A stretch of 64,000 bases of DNA from an uncultured delta proteobacterium (lineage in GTDB: Bacteria > Desulfobacterota > Binatia > UBA9968): contig CAVTUQ010000005.1 in NCBI GenBank assembly GCA_963737905.1, positions 64,001 to 128,000 on the forward strand, read 5' to 3'. The translations under genes were made by a program, and so were the position numbers. The notes beneath the pieces were generated by a model. The model was not told the DNA's origin. It made no database searches and saw nothing but the letters and a program-made list of their open reading frames with translations. This document shows, one piece after another, positions 1 to 9,842 of the stretch. Every line of letters starts with the position of its first letter. Positions within the stretch are counted from its first letter, which is position 1.

Positions 1-93
1 AAAGCGGACAAAGTCATTCCACTCTCCCAGGTGCGGGACATTTCTCTGCTCCGAGAAGTACAAAAGGAATTGCGCTTACAACAAACTCAGTAA
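1..93 (+). CDS. 3' end of a gene truncated by the window edge, possibly an ABC transporter substrate-binding protein
   Basis: Frame 1 is open from base 1 (KADKVIPLSQVRDISLLREVQKELRLQQTQ) to TAA at 91-93. The tail resembles NMT1/SsuA-type binding protein C-termini; product is an inference. Confidence 0.4.
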   Translation, partial: KADKVIPLSQVRDISLLREVQKELRLQQTQ

Positions 94-104
94 ACGACTG
101 TTCG

Positions 105-458
105 ATGAGCCCCGAAGCGCAGAAGCTTGCCCAAGTGCTGTTGGATCACCGTAGAAAAGCTTGCCAGCTTCAGAGTGAGACACGCCCGAGCGTGGAGTCC
201 TGTCTTGTAGCATATGGAGATCTGTGCGAGCGGGCCGGCATATCTCATTTAAAACCGAAAATCGGTAAGTTCTTGCGGGAAATCGCAAAGTGGTGTCATG
301 ACAACGGCTGGCCGCCGCTCAATACACTGGCCGTCAATCACGATACCCAAAGGCCCGGTCGTGGCTATGACGGCGCTCCCGGTTGCAGCCTCGAGCGCTG
401 GCAGGATGACGTGGCGGCGTGTATCAAGTTTACCGATTACCCGGATGCAATCTCTTAG
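105..458 (+). CDS. hypothetical protein, 117 aa, possible winged-helix-like domain
   Basis: ATG ORF filling the gap between neighbours; motifs YGDLCERAG and WPPLNTLAVN..RPGRGY. Confidence 0.6.
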   Translation: MSPEAQKLAQVLLDHRRKACQLQSETRPSVESCLVAYGDLCERAGISHLKPKIGKFLREIAKWCHDNGWPPLNTLAVNHDTQRPGRGYDGAPGCSLERWQDDVAACIKFTDYPDAIS

Positions 459-463
459 CTTCG

Positions 464-1723
464 CTATATCGGTTTTTCAGAACCGAACCGCCGCAACCCG
501 GGCAACGCGGCCCAGCAGGCGAGTGTGAGGATTGAACCGACGGCGCAGCCGAAGAGGAGTGAGCCCGGAGCTCCAATTAGTGCTGCCATAAAGCCGACTT
601 GAGTGGCTCCAACCGAGTTGGCGCCTTGGGAAAACATGTTAAAGACGGCGAAAGCTCTGCCGCGAACTTGGTCGGGAGTTAGAAGATGGAAAGTGGTTTG
701 GCGCATAACCGCTTGCAATGAGTTCACGAGTCCGAGGATTCCAAGCAAAAAAGCTGACAGCCAGAAGTTCGTGGATATTGCGAAGACTCCGACAGCCACC
801 GCGTAAGAAAAAAACGACCAGAGTGCCAAAAGTCCTTTGTGCTCGACATCGCCGATCACAAGCAGGAGGACGGTTCCGATAATCCCGCCTACCGCTGGAG
901 CTGAGGATAATACGCCGAAGCCGGCAGGTCCCACGTATAAAATATCTTTGGCAAAGATCGGCAGCAGCGGCCGGTAATAGCCCACTCCGGCGACTATGAA
1001 GTCGAGCATGACCATGGCCAAAACAATGGGCTCCGAAAAAAGAAACCGCAGGCCGCCCAAAAAACTCCCAGCGGAAAATAGCTCTCTTTTGCCATCCGGC
1101 GCTCCCGGCGTTTGAATGAGAATAATGCTGGCTGCTGCCGGAAGGTAGAACAAAGCATTGAACAGGTACGAGTTGCCGATATCCATCCATTCAAGACTCA
1201 CGCCGGCTATCATGGGACCTATGAAATGGGCCGCTTGGGACACGCTGGAGTTTAGCGACACCGCGTTCGTGAGATGGGAACGGGGCACGAGCTTCGAGAT
1301 CAACGCCATTCGAGTCGGATTGAGAACGATGTTCAGAGCTGAAGTCAGAGCGGTACCGAGGAGGATGTGCCAAACGCGAATGGAGCCGGCCAGGGTCAAG
1401 ATCCCCAAGGCGACGGCAACGAGCAAGTTGCCGGCCACAGTGATGATGAGGAGCTTTTTACGATCAACAAAGTCCGCCAGCGTACCGCCGAAGAGTCCGA
1501 ATGCGAATAGAGGAATTCCTTGGGCCAAGCCCGTCAGCCCAAGCTGAAGCGCAGAGCCCGACAATTCATAAACCTGAAAGAGGTTCTGAGTCAGGCGCAT
1601 CTGTTGCGCTGTGGTGGCAAAAAGCGCAACGGAAAAAAGCAGGCGGTAGTCGCGATATCCGAGCGAAGCCCAGGGGGACCGCGATTTGGGCAAATCGGTG
1701 CTATCCAATTGATCGTCGGCCAT
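464..1723 (-). CDS. MFS transporter (EntS/DHA3-like)
   Basis: About 12 hydrophobic segments, motif A GGTLADFVDRKKL, C-terminal TPDQVRGR. Confidence 0.9.
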   Translation of the reverse strand: MADDQLDSTDLPKSRSPWASLGYRDYRLLFSVALFATTAQQMRLTQNLFQVYELSGSALQLGLTGLAQGIPLFAFGLFGGTLADFVDRKKLLIITVAGNLLVAVALGILTLAGSIRVWHILLGTALTSALNIVLNPTRMALISKLVPRSHLTNAVSLNSSVSQAAHFIGPMIAGVSLEWMDIGNSYLFNALFYLPAAASIILIQTPGAPDGKRELFSAGSFLGGLRFLFSEPIVLAMVMLDFIVAGVGYYRPLLPIFAKDILYVGPAGFGVLSSAPAVGGIIGTVLLLVIGDVEHKGLLALWSFFSYAVAVGVFAISTNFWLSAFLLGILGLVNSLQAVMRQTTFHLLTPDQVRGRAFAVFNMFSQGANSVGATQVGFMAALIGAPGSLLFGCAVGSILTLACWAALPGLRRFGSEKPI

Positions 1724-1743
1724 TTGGAGCGGGTGGGAAGGTT

Positions 1744-2907
1744 TTACTTCTTACTGCTCCTGACGGCCTCGTCGTAAAGAAGCTTGAGAGGGATTTTCTT
1801 GGCGGCGGCAATTCGTTTCAGATCGTCGTATTCGGGGGCGACTCGTTTTGCACCGTCCGGTGCTCCAACGATTTTGACTCTGATTGTTCCGTAGCGTGTC
1901 TTAACCTTTTCTGATTTGCGCTTGAGGATGACCCGGCCCACGGGATAGTAGCGAACACCGATGGTCGAAGTTTCGCTCAGAATAATTCGCGCTAGCGCTT
2001 CTCGATCCTTCGGCTCGGCAATGACACGGAGCAGTGTCCCGGGCCGGTTCTTCTTCATTTGGATCGGCGATAGGAACACATCGCGCGCCCCGGCGGCCAA
2101 GAGACGATCGAAAACATAATCGTAAAACTCGGGATTCATGTCGTCGATGTTGGTTTCGATGACGAGCATCTCTTCTTGGCTCCATGGGGCAACGTCTGTG
2201 CCGATCACCAAACGGAACACATTGGGCCGATTTGGGAAATCTTTCTGTCCCGCCCCGTAGCCGATCTTTTCCATCGTCATGCTCGGCTGTGCACCGAAGC
2301 TCTTGCCCAGGGTGCTCACAATGGCAGCTCCCGTGGGGGTTACGGTTTCGCCATCGAGATCGATTCCCTGAACCGGCAATCCCTTTAACATTTCAAGCGT
2401 CGCTGGTCCCGGAAGCGGAAGAGGACCGTGTAGAGCACGGATCACGCCTCGACCTAAGGGAATGCGGGAAAAATGGAAGGCGTCGATGCCGAGTTCATCC
2501 GCGCCTGCCGCTGCGGCCATGATGTCGACGATTGAATCCGTTGCGCCGACTTCGTGAAAGTGGATTTTTTCGGGGGCGACGCCGTGGATCTTTCCCTCGG
2601 CTTCGGCGAGGCGAGAGAAGATATTAATGGCCGTTTCCTTCACCGCGAGACGAAGCCTGCTCCGCCTGATCAAGCTTCGAATTTGTTTCCAGGAACGCGC
2701 GGACTCCTGATGGGGACAAATGACGTGAAACTGAGTCGCGCGGATGCTGTGAATCGTTTTCTTGGCGACTGCGAGCCTGTATTTGAGGGTGGGGATTTTC
2801 TTGAGTTCCGACTTGAGCCTATTTAAGGGCAGACCGAGATCCAGCATGGCGCCGACAAACATGTCGCCGCTAATGCCGCCGATGAGGTCGCCGTAGGCAA
2901 TCCTCAC
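1744..2907 (-). CDS. larC: nickel pincer cofactor biosynthesis protein LarC (Ni insertase)
   Basis: GISGDMF, HFHEVGAxDSIVDI, TPTGAA, ETNIDD, MKKNRPG, ETSTIGVR and PEYDD motifs. Confidence 0.93.
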   Translation of the reverse strand: MRIAYGDLIGGISGDMFVGAMLDLGLPLNRLKSELKKIPTLKYRLAVAKKTIHSIRATQFHVICPHQESARSWKQIRSLIRRSRLRLAVKETAINIFSRLAEAEGKIHGVAPEKIHFHEVGATDSIVDIMAAAAGADELGIDAFHFSRIPLGRGVIRALHGPLPLPGPATLEMLKGLPVQGIDLDGETVTPTGAAIVSTLGKSFGAQPSMTMEKIGYGAGQKDFPNRPNVFRLVIGTDVAPWSQEEMLVIETNIDDMNPEFYDYVFDRLLAAGARDVFLSPIQMKKNRPGTLLRVIAEPKDREALARIILSETSTIGVRYYPVGRVILKRKSEKVKTRYGTIRVKIVGAPDGAKRVAPEYDDLKRIAAAKKIPLKLLYDEAVRSSKK

Positions 2908-2923
2908 CCTCCGACCCCTCCTT

Positions 2924-2988
2924 GAGGATTGAAGATCGAGGATTGAGGATCGGCAATCGCCATCTTCGATCCTCTATCTTCCATCCTC
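2924..2988. repeat. inverted pair of heptamer tandem arrays (GARGATY x4 / NATCYTC x4)
   Basis: gaggatt-gaagatc-gaggatt-gaggatc at 2924-2951 and catcttc-gatcctc-tatcttc-catcctc at 2961-2988 can form a hairpin. Confidence 0.8.
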
Positions 2989-2993
2989 GTTTT

Positions 2994-4208
2994 TCACCAC
3001 GACATGTCGGAGTTTCTTTGCCACTCATCTCGACGTAAATCTTTTCCGATTTGAACGGCGTGCCGGCCAGCCGGTCGGCGAGCCAGTCGACGAGCAAGGT
3101 TCGGGCGCGGGGGTTGCGGATGGAGTGTTTTTCTCCTTCATAAACCACCAGCACTCGGGGACCGGGAATGGCATTCATGAACTGATAAACAAACTCGATG
3201 GGACACAGGTCGTCGTCTTCGCCGGCCGACGATGAGATAAGGACAGCGGATCTTGGGGGCCACGTCCTTCAAGGTCAACGTTTTTGCGAACTCATCAAAG
3301 TCAGTCTCGTTGTCATACCCGGCCATGTACATGTAATTGAGCTTGAAGGTGGGCGAGGCCGAGTTGAAAATCGTGTTTTGGCCGGGTTCGACGTTGACCC
3401 CACTCACCGCGCAGGCCTTAAAGCGGGGTTCGACAGCCGCGACGCGGGGACCCCAGTAGGAGCCCATACTGGAGCCCATGATCGCGAGGCGGTCGGGATC
3501 GATTTCCTGGCGCTTCGCCAAATAATCGCAGGCGAGCTTTCCTGCGTCTTCGTAGTTGGAGGCGGTGCATTTGATACCGCGCTCCCTTGTTTCGCCCTGG
3601 CCGGGCCCGTCGATGGCAAGCACAGCAATGCCCCGTTCCAACAGCGGATCGTTGTGCATCGGATTGTCCTCTTTGACGCCGTCCATACCCGGAATGTAGA
3701 GAACACAAGGAACTCGCTCGCCGGATTTCCTGTTGGGAGGCAGGTGCAGCAGAGCTGCGATGGATTTGGATTGGTATGGAAGTTCGACCCGTTCAATGGG
3801 CCGGCCGGCATATTGAATAAACTTATCATAGCACGCTCTTTTGCGTTCGGCCCAGGCGATGCGCTTCTCATTGCCATCTTCGTACACCCCCCACATGGCG
3901 TTGGTGTAAAAGGTCGCCGCGATGTAGTAGTGCTCGCGGGCGTCCACGAAGTGCCCGGCCCTTTCGGCCTCGCGAGCCAATTCTTCGCGCCGTACCGCGC
4001 CGCGCGCGAACTCACGAGGGATATCGACGAACTTTTGCACCCGGCGGGTAATCTCCTGAATGTCCCCTTGCACGCCGGGACCGCAGTTGCGCAGGATCTT
4101 CCCCGTCCGTCCCTGATCCCAATCCAGCCCGCGGGTTTGAATGATTTGATCCAGTAACCAGCGCTGCTCGCGCCAGCGTTTCATCTTCTTTTCAGTCTCA
4201 ACTCTCAT
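2994..4208 (-). CDS. alpha/beta hydrolase (FrsA / 2,6-dihydroxypseudooxynicotine hydrolase-like), apparent frameshift near 3226
   Basis: PGMDG, DGPGQGE and GSSMG nucleophile motifs. Removing one G after YLIV restores AGEDDDLCP...EGEKH (catalytic Asp and His). The 3' end is approximate: the TGA at 2994 needs a second indel, otherwise the frame runs on to 2870. Confidence 0.8.
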
Positions 4209-4354
4209 TTTTCTCTCCTCCACGACCGATATAAGACCCATCTCCTTCCGACCGGTCCAAGGCAAGCAGAGCTACCTAACAGGTGGCGCTGACTTTAGTC
4301 AAAAAACGTAACGATGGCAAATACGCCAGTGGGCAATCGAACGCTCGTTCCTGG

Positions 4355-4384
4355 TTGATTATTAAGAACTTTTGTGGTTATAAG
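4355..4384 (+). promoter_or_regulatory. possible sigma70 promoter of the nuo operon
   Basis: TTGATT-18 nt-TATAAG in an AT-rich region 40 nt upstream of nuoA. Confidence 0.3.
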
Positions 4385-4424
4385 GAAGCATAGGCTTTTT
4401 GTGGGTTAATTACGAAAAATCAAT

Positions 4425-4811
4425 ATGTTATTTGATTTTGCCAACGTCTTGGTATTTACCGTGCTCGGCCTCGGATTCGTCGGGGTCAACCTCTTGATCG
4501 GCAAACTGCTGAGGCCGTCGAATCCCCAGGTTCGCAAGCTATCGACTTATGAGTGCGGTGAACCGTCAAGCGGTAGCGCCTGGGTGAATTTCAATATTCG
4601 GTTTTATCTCGTGGCGCTGATTTTTATCATCTTCGAAGTAGAAATTGCCTTTATTTTCCCGGTGGCGACCGTGTTCCGGCGTTGGATCGAAAATGGACAG
4701 GGGCTCTTTGCCTTTGTGGAAATTCTCGTTTTTATTGGGATTCTATTTCTTGGCTTGGTCTACGCATGGGCCAAGGGCGACTTGGAGTGGGTGAAGAAAG
4801 TCAAGGTTTGA
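4425..4811 (+). CDS. nuoA: NADH-quinone oxidoreductase subunit A
   Basis: YECGE loop, [21 protein letters not shown]. Confidence 0.95.
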   Translation: MLFDFANVLVFTVLGLGFVGVNLLIGKLLRPSNPQVRKLSTYECGEPSSGSAWVNFNIRFYLVALIFIIFEVEIAFIFPVATVFRRWIENGQGLFAFVEILVFIGILFLGLVYAWAKGDLEWVKKVKV

Positions 4812-4835
4812 TTCCTTGATCCGTGAGGGTCTTTC

Positions 4836-5348
4836 ATGAAGCCATTGCTTAACTCATTACCGGAAACAGTGTTTACGACTAAAGTGGATGACCTGCTCAA
4901 TTGGGGGCGGGCCTCTTCACAATGGTACATGCTATTCGGGTTGGCCTGCTGCGCCATTGAGCTCATGCAGACGGGAGGCCCACGGGCTGACCTGGACCGC
5001 TTCGGCGCGGTTCCACGCGCGACGCCGCGTCAATCGGATCTGATGATCGTAGCCGGGACGTTGACCTATAAGATGGCCAAACGGACCAAGCTTCTCTACG
5101 ACCAGATGCCCGATCCAAAGTACGTTATTTCCATGGGCAGCTGCTCGAACTGCGGCGGCCTTTTCCAGTTGGCTTACTCGGTTTGTAAGGGCGTCGACAA
5201 AATTGTCCCCGTGGATGTCTATGTGCCGGGATGCCCGCCACGACCGGAGGCGCTAACAGAGGGGCTTCTCCGGATTCAGGATAAAATGATGCGGGAACGC
5301 TGGCTGGTCAAGCCGTCGCGCCAAGAGGGGAACGGGGCCGAGGCTTAG
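4836..5348 (+). CDS. nuoB: NADH-quinone oxidoreductase subunit B
   Basis: [24 protein letters not shown] and PGCPP (N2 cluster ligands). Confidence 0.97.
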   Translation: MKPLLNSLPETVFTTKVDDLLNWGRASSQWYMLFGLACCAIELMQTGGPRADLDRFGAVPRATPRQSDLMIVAGTLTYKMAKRTKLLYDQMPDPKYVISMGSCSNCGGLFQLAYSVCKGVDKIVPVDVYVPGCPPRPEALTEGLLRIQDKMMRERWLVKPSRQEGNGAEA

Positions 5349-5352
5349 GGGG

Positions 5353-5859
5353 ATGGAGGCTAAAGAGGTCTATCAACAGCTGGAGAAGCAGTTTCCCGGC
5401 AAAGTCGGTGACTTTAAGGGGGAGGTGCCGGAGCCTTACTGCTCGGTAGATCCAGAGGCGATTGTGGAAATCAGTCGCTTCTTGCGAGATGACTCAAAAT
5501 TAAAGTTTGAAGTCCTCTCCGATCTCACCGCGCTTGATTGGCCCAAGGAAGAGAAAATCCAGGTCGTCTATCACCTCTATTCCTACTCCAATAAATCACA
5601 GATCGTCTTGAAGGCGGATTTGCCCCGAGATAACCCGAAGGTTCCAACCCTGGAAGGGGTATGGAAAGTGGCGAATTGGTTCGAGCGTGAAGTCTTCGAC
5701 CTCTTCGGGGTGATCTTTGAAGGTCACAGTGACCTTCGACGGATCATGTTGCCGGAGGATTGGGTTGGATATCCGCTGCGTAAGGACTATGTCGAGGAGG
5801 AGGAGTACGACGGCATCAGTACCCAGCGCGCGCCACTGGTAGAAAAACTACTCCGCTAG
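5353..5859 (+). CDS. nuoC: NADH-quinone oxidoreductase subunit C
   Basis: ANWFEREVFDLFG..FEGH..LRRI..GYPLRKDY. Confidence 0.96.
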   Translation: MEAKEVYQQLEKQFPGKVGDFKGEVPEPYCSVDPEAIVEISRFLRDDSKLKFEVLSDLTALDWPKEEKIQVVYHLYSYSNKSQIVLKADLPRDNPKVPTLEGVWKVANWFEREVFDLFGVIFEGHSDLRRIMLPEDWVGYPLRKDYVEEEEYDGISTQRAPLVEKLLR

Positions 5860-5868
5860 AAAGAGCAC

Positions 5869-7010
5869 ATGAACGAAACTGCGCCGGTTGAAAGCCAGGG
5901 CTTTTACGCCGAAGAGATGACCATCAGCGTCGGGCCGCAACATCCCAGCACCCACGGCGTGTTGCGCTTCGTGGTTAAGACCGACGGCGAAGTGATCAGC
6001 GAAGCGATCCCCGATGTCGGTTACCTGCATCGGTCCATTGAGAAGATCGGCGAGAAAGTCACCTGGCATGGATACGTCCCGTATACCGATCGGGCGGATT
6101 ATCTTGCAGCGATGTTCGCCAACCAAGTTTTCTGTATGGCGGCGGAAAAACTCGCTAAAACGGAAGTTACGCGCCGGGGAGAGTTCTGCCGGGTGATCGC
6201 GTGCGAGCTTAACCGCATTGCCAGCCACTTGATCTCTGTCGGCACTTTCGGCCAGGACATCGGTGCCATGACACCGTTCGTCCACGCGCTCCGGGAGCGG
6301 GAGACCATCAATAACCTGATGGAGGAGATTTGCGGCGCGCGGTTAACTTACAATTACATTCGAATCGGGGGGGTCGGCTACGACATCCTGCCGGAGACCT
6401 GCACGCGGATTTCCGAGTTTTTGGAGCACTTCGAACCTATTGTCGATGAATTCAATCGTCTGCTATCGAATAATAAAATCTTTATCGAACGGCTTGCGGG
6501 CGTTGCGGTGATCAGTAAGGAAGAGGCTTTTTCGTACAATCTCGTGGGGCCGAACCTACGCGGTTGCGGGATAAAATGGGATATCCGCCGCGATATTCCC
6601 TATTCCGTTTATCCCGAACTGGAGTTCGAAGTTCCGGTTGGAACCGGTCAAGTAGGTACCCTCGGCGATAGCTATGACCGTTACTGGGTACGTATCTGCG
6701 AGTTACAGGAAAGCTGCAAGATCCTGCGTCAAGCTTTAAAGATGTTGCCCAAGGGACCGGCCATTGCCAAAGTGCCGCGCAAATTCAAACCTCCGGTGGG
6801 AGAATGTTATGCCGCGTCGAGGCGCCCCGCGGCGATATGGGTTTTTACGTCGTCAGCGACGGCAGCGAATATCCTTATCGCGTACGAATCCGCACCGGTT
6901 CGTTTACGGCCATGAGCATTATTGACAAGCTCAGCAAAGGAATCATGGTCGCCGATCTGATCGCTCTCATCGGCAGCCTCGACGTGGACGCTCCGGAAAT
7001 CGATCGGTAA
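5869..7010 (+). CDS. nuoD: NADH-quinone oxidoreductase subunit D, single-base frameshift near 6813
   Basis: [12 protein letters not shown] and GYLHR; the C-terminus RVEAPRGD...[14 protein letters not shown] is in another frame. One missing C in gcc[c]gc restores ECYARVEAPRG. Confidence 0.92.
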
Positions 7011-7028
7011 TAGAATTTCGAGTCCATC

Positions 7029-8216
7029 ATGCAAGCTCTCATCGATCAGCTGATACGAGATGGCTACTTCACGGGGGTGCCCAAAGAAATCGTTTATGCC
7101 ATCGCTATGGTACTGGCGGCGTTTATCGTGCTCTCCATTTTCGTTGCTCCATTAGCGGGAGTGACAAGCTGGCTCGAGCGGCGTGTCTGGGCCAGAATGC
7201 AATCCCGTGTAGGCCCGAATCGGGTTGGACCCCAGGGGATTCTTCAGTGGCTGGCGGACGGCATCAAGAATTTACTCAAAGAAGATCTGATCCCATCTGC
7301 GGCGGACGCCAAGCTCTTTTCGCTGGCACCCTATGTCGTCTTCATGGGATTTCTCTGCACCTTTGTGGTCATTCCTTTCGGCAGCGCCCTCATCGTAGCG
7401 GACCTCAACATCGGCATTCTGTACATTTTGGCGGTGACGTCCCTCGTCGTCGTCGGGATTCTCATGGCCGGCTGGTCCTCCAACAACAAATGGTCCTTGC
7501 TCGGCGGCATGCGTTCAGCGGCGCAGATCGTGAGCTATGAAATTCCCGCGGGTTTATCGATTCTCACCATTGTTTTTCTTGCGGGCACGATGAGCATGCA
7601 GGGAATTATCAACGCCCAAGGTTGGGCGCCGTGGGACTGGTTCCTCTTCAACAATCCGTTTACGTTTGCAGCGTTTTTCCTCTACTTCACGGCGGCCTTG
7701 GCCGAAGGTAACCGGACACCCTTCGATATTCCTGAAGCCGAATCGGAGCTCGTCGCCGGTTACGTCACTGAATATAGCGGCATGCGCTTCTTGTTTTTCT
7801 TTTTTGCCGAATGGGGCAACCTTTATGTGATTGGCGCCGTGGCGACAACCCTGTTCCTAGGCGGTTGGCACGTTCCGCCCATCACCCGCGATCCGATTCT
7901 TCTTGGCGTGCTCCAGTTTGTGGTTTTCTTCCTTAAGGCTTATCTCTGGGTGTTTATTGCGATGTGGGTGCGGGCGACGTTGCCACGTGTTCGAGTCGAT
8001 CAGCTCATGGCGCTCTGCTGGAAATACATGGTTCCCCTATCGTTTATCTGTTTACTGGGAACTATCTGCTGGATGCTGGCCTTCCCGAAGGGTAACCAGA
8101 TTTTTAGCGTCGCGATGTTTGTTTTGGGGTTGCTCATTTTGGCGTATTTCTTCAAGCGGGTGGTTTTTCAAATTCGTCATGCGCGGCCGGAGCTTTACTT
8201 TAAGCCGCATATTTAG
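7029..8216 (+). CDS. nuoH: NADH-quinone oxidoreductase subunit H
   Basis: WLERR..MQSRVGPNRVG, ADGIK, AEGNRTPFDIPEAESELVAGY. Confidence 0.97.
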   Translation: MQALIDQLIRDGYFTGVPKEIVYAIAMVLAAFIVLSIFVAPLAGVTSWLERRVWARMQSRVGPNRVGPQGILQWLADGIKNLLKEDLIPSAADAKLFSLAPYVVFMGFLCTFVVIPFGSALIVADLNIGILYILAVTSLVVVGILMAGWSSNNKWSLLGGMRSAAQIVSYEIPAGLSILTIVFLAGTMSMQGIINAQGWAPWDWFLFNNPFTFAAFFLYFTAALAEGNRTPFDIPEAESELVAGYVTEYSGMRFLFFFFAEWGNLYVIGAVATTLFLGGWHVPPITRDPILLGVLQFVVFFLKAYLWVFIAMWVRATLPRVRVDQLMALCWKYMVPLSFICLLGTICWMLAFPKGNQIFSVAMFVLGLLILAYFFKRVVFQIRHARPELYFKPHI

Positions 8217-8233
8217 TTTTTAGTTGAGGACTT

Positions 8234-8791
8234 ATGGGTATTGCGAGTTACGCTAAAGATATCAAGGATACGATAACTTCGGTTTTTGAGGGAATGTCCA
8301 TTACCTTTTCACACCTGGTTCGACGTCCGATGACGATCCAGTACCCGGATAAGATTCCAGTGCCGATCCAGGAAACTCTGCCGCGGCGCTACCGGGGGAT
8401 TCTCGAAGTCGATATGGATATCTGCACCGGTTGCCTGGCTTGCGAGAGAGACTGTCCGATCACTTGCATCACGATTGGCATCGAAATGGACAAGGCGACT
8501 AAGCAGAGGAATTTTACTCATTTCGATATTGATATTTGCAAGTGCATGTACTGCGGACTCTGTTCTGAAGCTTGTCCGACCGGAGCCATCCGCCACTCCC
8601 AGGAATTCGAGGGGGCGAGTTACAATCCGGCGGGGCTGGTCCGTCATTTTGTAACTCAACCTCAACCGCTCTATAAACCCAAGAAGGGCGGTGAAACAGA
8701 TTCGAAGCTGGCGGAGAAAGTCGATATTGGGATGAAGTATTTGGATGAATTCGCCACGCCGGACGGAGGGGCAGCCGCCGAGGAGGGGTAG
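8234..8791 (+). CDS. nuoI: NADH-quinone oxidoreductase subunit I
   Basis: Two CxxCxxCxxxCP motifs, TIQYP, RYRG. Confidence 0.95.
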   Translation: MGIASYAKDIKDTITSVFEGMSITFSHLVRRPMTIQYPDKIPVPIQETLPRRYRGILEVDMDICTGCLACERDCPITCITIGIEMDKATKQRNFTHFDIDICKCMYCGLCSEACPTGAIRHSQEFEGASYNPAGLVRHFVTQPQPLYKPKKGGETDSKLAEKVDIGMKYLDEFATPDGGAAAEEG

Positions 8792-8910
8792 GCAGCAAAA
8801 GCGGGGCGAGATCTGTAAAAACTCTCAGCACCTCTTGATCCCAGACCGATCTTCCGGTATTTGAGCCAAAAAGTCTTTGGCTTTCCAAGACCCCCAAAAA
8901 TAGTAGAGCT

Positions 8911-9411
8911 ATGGATCTCTCGACGGCAGTTTTTTATCTGGTCGCTCTGATCACGGTGGGTTCTGCGCTGATGGTAGCGTTTTCGCGGAACATCATCTAT
9001 TCCGCGTTTTCGCTTCTCGGAGCGTTCGCAGGTGCCGCAGGGCTTTACGTGTTTCTCGGCGCCGACTTTGTGGCTGCGGTGCAGCTACTGATTTACGTGG
9101 GTGGTATTTTGGTGCTCATCCTCTTTGCCGTCATGCTCACTCATCGCATCACGGATGTCGAAATCACCAACCGGGCAGCGGGGCGCATCCCGGCCCTCAT
9201 CGTTACCGGCGTATTCATTTATCTCCTCATTCAGACCGTTCGTGAGACCTCGTGGGTCAAGGCGAAAGAGATCATCTACCAACCGACGACGGGAAAAATC
9301 GGCGACCTGTTCCTCGACAGCTACCTGCTTCCGTTCGAGCTGGCCTCTTTGGTTTTGTTAGCCGCTCTTATCGGCGCCGTAGTTATCTCCCGCAAGGAGA
9401 TCAAAGAGTAG
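8911..9411 (+). CDS. nuoJ: NADH-quinone oxidoreductase subunit J
   Basis: QLLIYVGGILVLILFAVML, LPFELAS. Confidence 0.95.
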   Translation: MDLSTAVFYLVALITVGSALMVAFSRNIIYSAFSLLGAFAGAAGLYVFLGADFVAAVQLLIYVGGILVLILFAVMLTHRITDVEITNRAAGRIPALIVTGVFIYLLIQTVRETSWVKAKEIIYQPTTGKIGDLFLDSYLLPFELASLVLLAALIGAVVISRKEIKE

Positions 9412-9413
9412 CC

Positions 9414-9734
9414 ATGCCAGTATTTTCACCCAACGAGCTCTCTTCCTATCTCATTATCGGAGCTATTCTTTTCACCCTTGGCCTGTTTACCGTTCTCACC
9501 CGGCGCAACGCAATCAGCGTTTTGATGGGAGTCGAGCTGATATTAAATAGCGCCAACATCAATTATGTCGCGTTCTCGCATTTCGGCAGCGGCAACGCGG
9601 ATGGCCAGATCTACGCCATTTTTGTCATCATGCTCGCTGCGGCCGAAGCCGCGGTTGGATTAGCGATCGTCCTGGCGATCTTCCAGATCTTCCATACCAT
9701 CGATGTTGAAGCCGTGGAGACGCTGAGAGATTAG
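9414..9734 (+). CDS. nuoK: NADH-quinone oxidoreductase subunit K
   Basis: RRNAI..LMGVELIL and AAAEAAVGLAI; ATG at 9414, 2 nt after the nuoJ stop. Confidence 0.95.
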   Translation: MPVFSPNELSSYLIIGAILFTLGLFTVLTRRNAISVLMGVELILNSANINYVAFSHFGSGNADGQIYAIFVIMLAAAEAAVGLAIVLAIFQIFHTIDVEAVETLRD

Positions 9735-9761
9735 TTCAAGGTTCAAGGTTTCAGGTTCAAG
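9734..9761 (+). repeat. heptamer tandem repeat (GTTCAAG)x4
   Basis: gttcaag gttcaag gtttcag gttcaag. Confidence 0.8.
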
Positions 9762-9805
9762 GGAAATAAAGGAGACACAATTCTTCTAACCGTCAATTTC
9801 TCATT

Positions 9806-9840
9806 AATCCAAAATCTAAAATCTAAAATCCGAAATCGAA
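9806..9840 (+). repeat. degenerate heptamer tandem repeat (AATCNRA)x5 abutting the nuoL start
   Basis: aatccaa aatctaa aatctaa aatccga aatcgaa. Confidence 0.8.
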
Positions 9841-9842
9841 AT

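Noticed and set aside
2870-3178. Track ORF of 102 aa as a separate gene
   Set aside because: It is the frameshifted C-terminus of the hydrolase running on through the heptamer repeats.
3198-4157. Long plus-strand ORF of 319 aa, and many similar shadow ORFs across the window
   Set aside because: Antisense to well-supported genes, with no recognisable motifs; expected at this GC content.
6804-7010. Split nuoD or programmed frameshift
   Set aside because: No slippery sequence or RBS; a single missing C explains it.
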